Part shown: positions 33,912-34,278 of the stretch, piece by piece
Layout: every line of letters begins with the position of its first letter
How positions within the stretch are numbered: the stretch's first letter is position 1
Source of the DNA: Octopus sinensis
Lineage: Eukaryota
Assembly (NCBI RefSeq): GCF_006345805.1
Contig: NW_021831671.1
Coordinates: forward strand, 1-34,278
Reading direction: 5' to 3'
DNA: 34,278 bases
Notes under the pieces: model-generated
The model's database searches: none
What the model saw: only the letters and a program-made list of their open reading frames with translations
Told to the model about the DNA's origin: nothing
Program-made: the position numbers and the translations under genes

Positions 33912-34278
33912 ATAGTTTGTTATAAAAGAAACATAGTAACACATTTCGTTATAACAAAGATATTTGTTTTCGCTAGGCTACCATCACCAGAACGAGAAAG
34001 CGTCGCCAGTCTCCCAACATTATTATCGGCATAAATTACAAACTCGAGTCCCATTCACTCAGTAAAAGAAATGGGCCAAAAAGCAAATCCATGTTATGTT
34101 ACAGATAATTAAGTTTTTTTAATCATACATGCATGTATGTGTGCATGTGAATAGCAAAAACATTGTTATTTCCAGTTTGAATTGGCTAAATAATCTGCTT
34201 CGCTTCCTTTTTTTTTGTCGTAAACTTATATTTCATATCAGCTATACATTATTTTAAGGAATTTAAGTGTTTAGTAAA

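Overview
Repeat-dominated eukaryotic DNA, probably intronic or intergenic. The SINE sequences and extreme (AT)n/(GT)n/(ATT)n/(GATA)n density suggest an octopod cephalopod (inference). No intact host gene is recognisable, and most ORFs in the supplied track are microsatellite translations. The main structure is a minus-strand L1/Tx1-type non-LTR retrotransposon (~8915-13690). It has a frameshifted ORF1 with a CCHC knuckle and an ORF2 reduced to the N-terminal APE endonuclease (no RT). It is flanked on both sides by (GATA)n and carries a non-autonomous Helitron in its 3' UTR. Around it are about 20 tRNA-derived SINE copies or fragments of several families, a second Helitron with an identical 33-bp 3' end, two copies of an inverted-repeat DNA element, a rearranged mariner-type transposase relic, a ~550-bp (AAT)-tailed retroposon and small satellites. 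The most interesting signal, largely inferred, is a possible target-specific LINE/SINE system. One SINE subfamily shares its 3' terminus with the LINE, its 3' junctions repeatedly fall at GGTAT, and that motif occurs inside the SINE itself. This would explain a head-to-tail SINE array bounded by a single 13-bp TSD (17491-18432).
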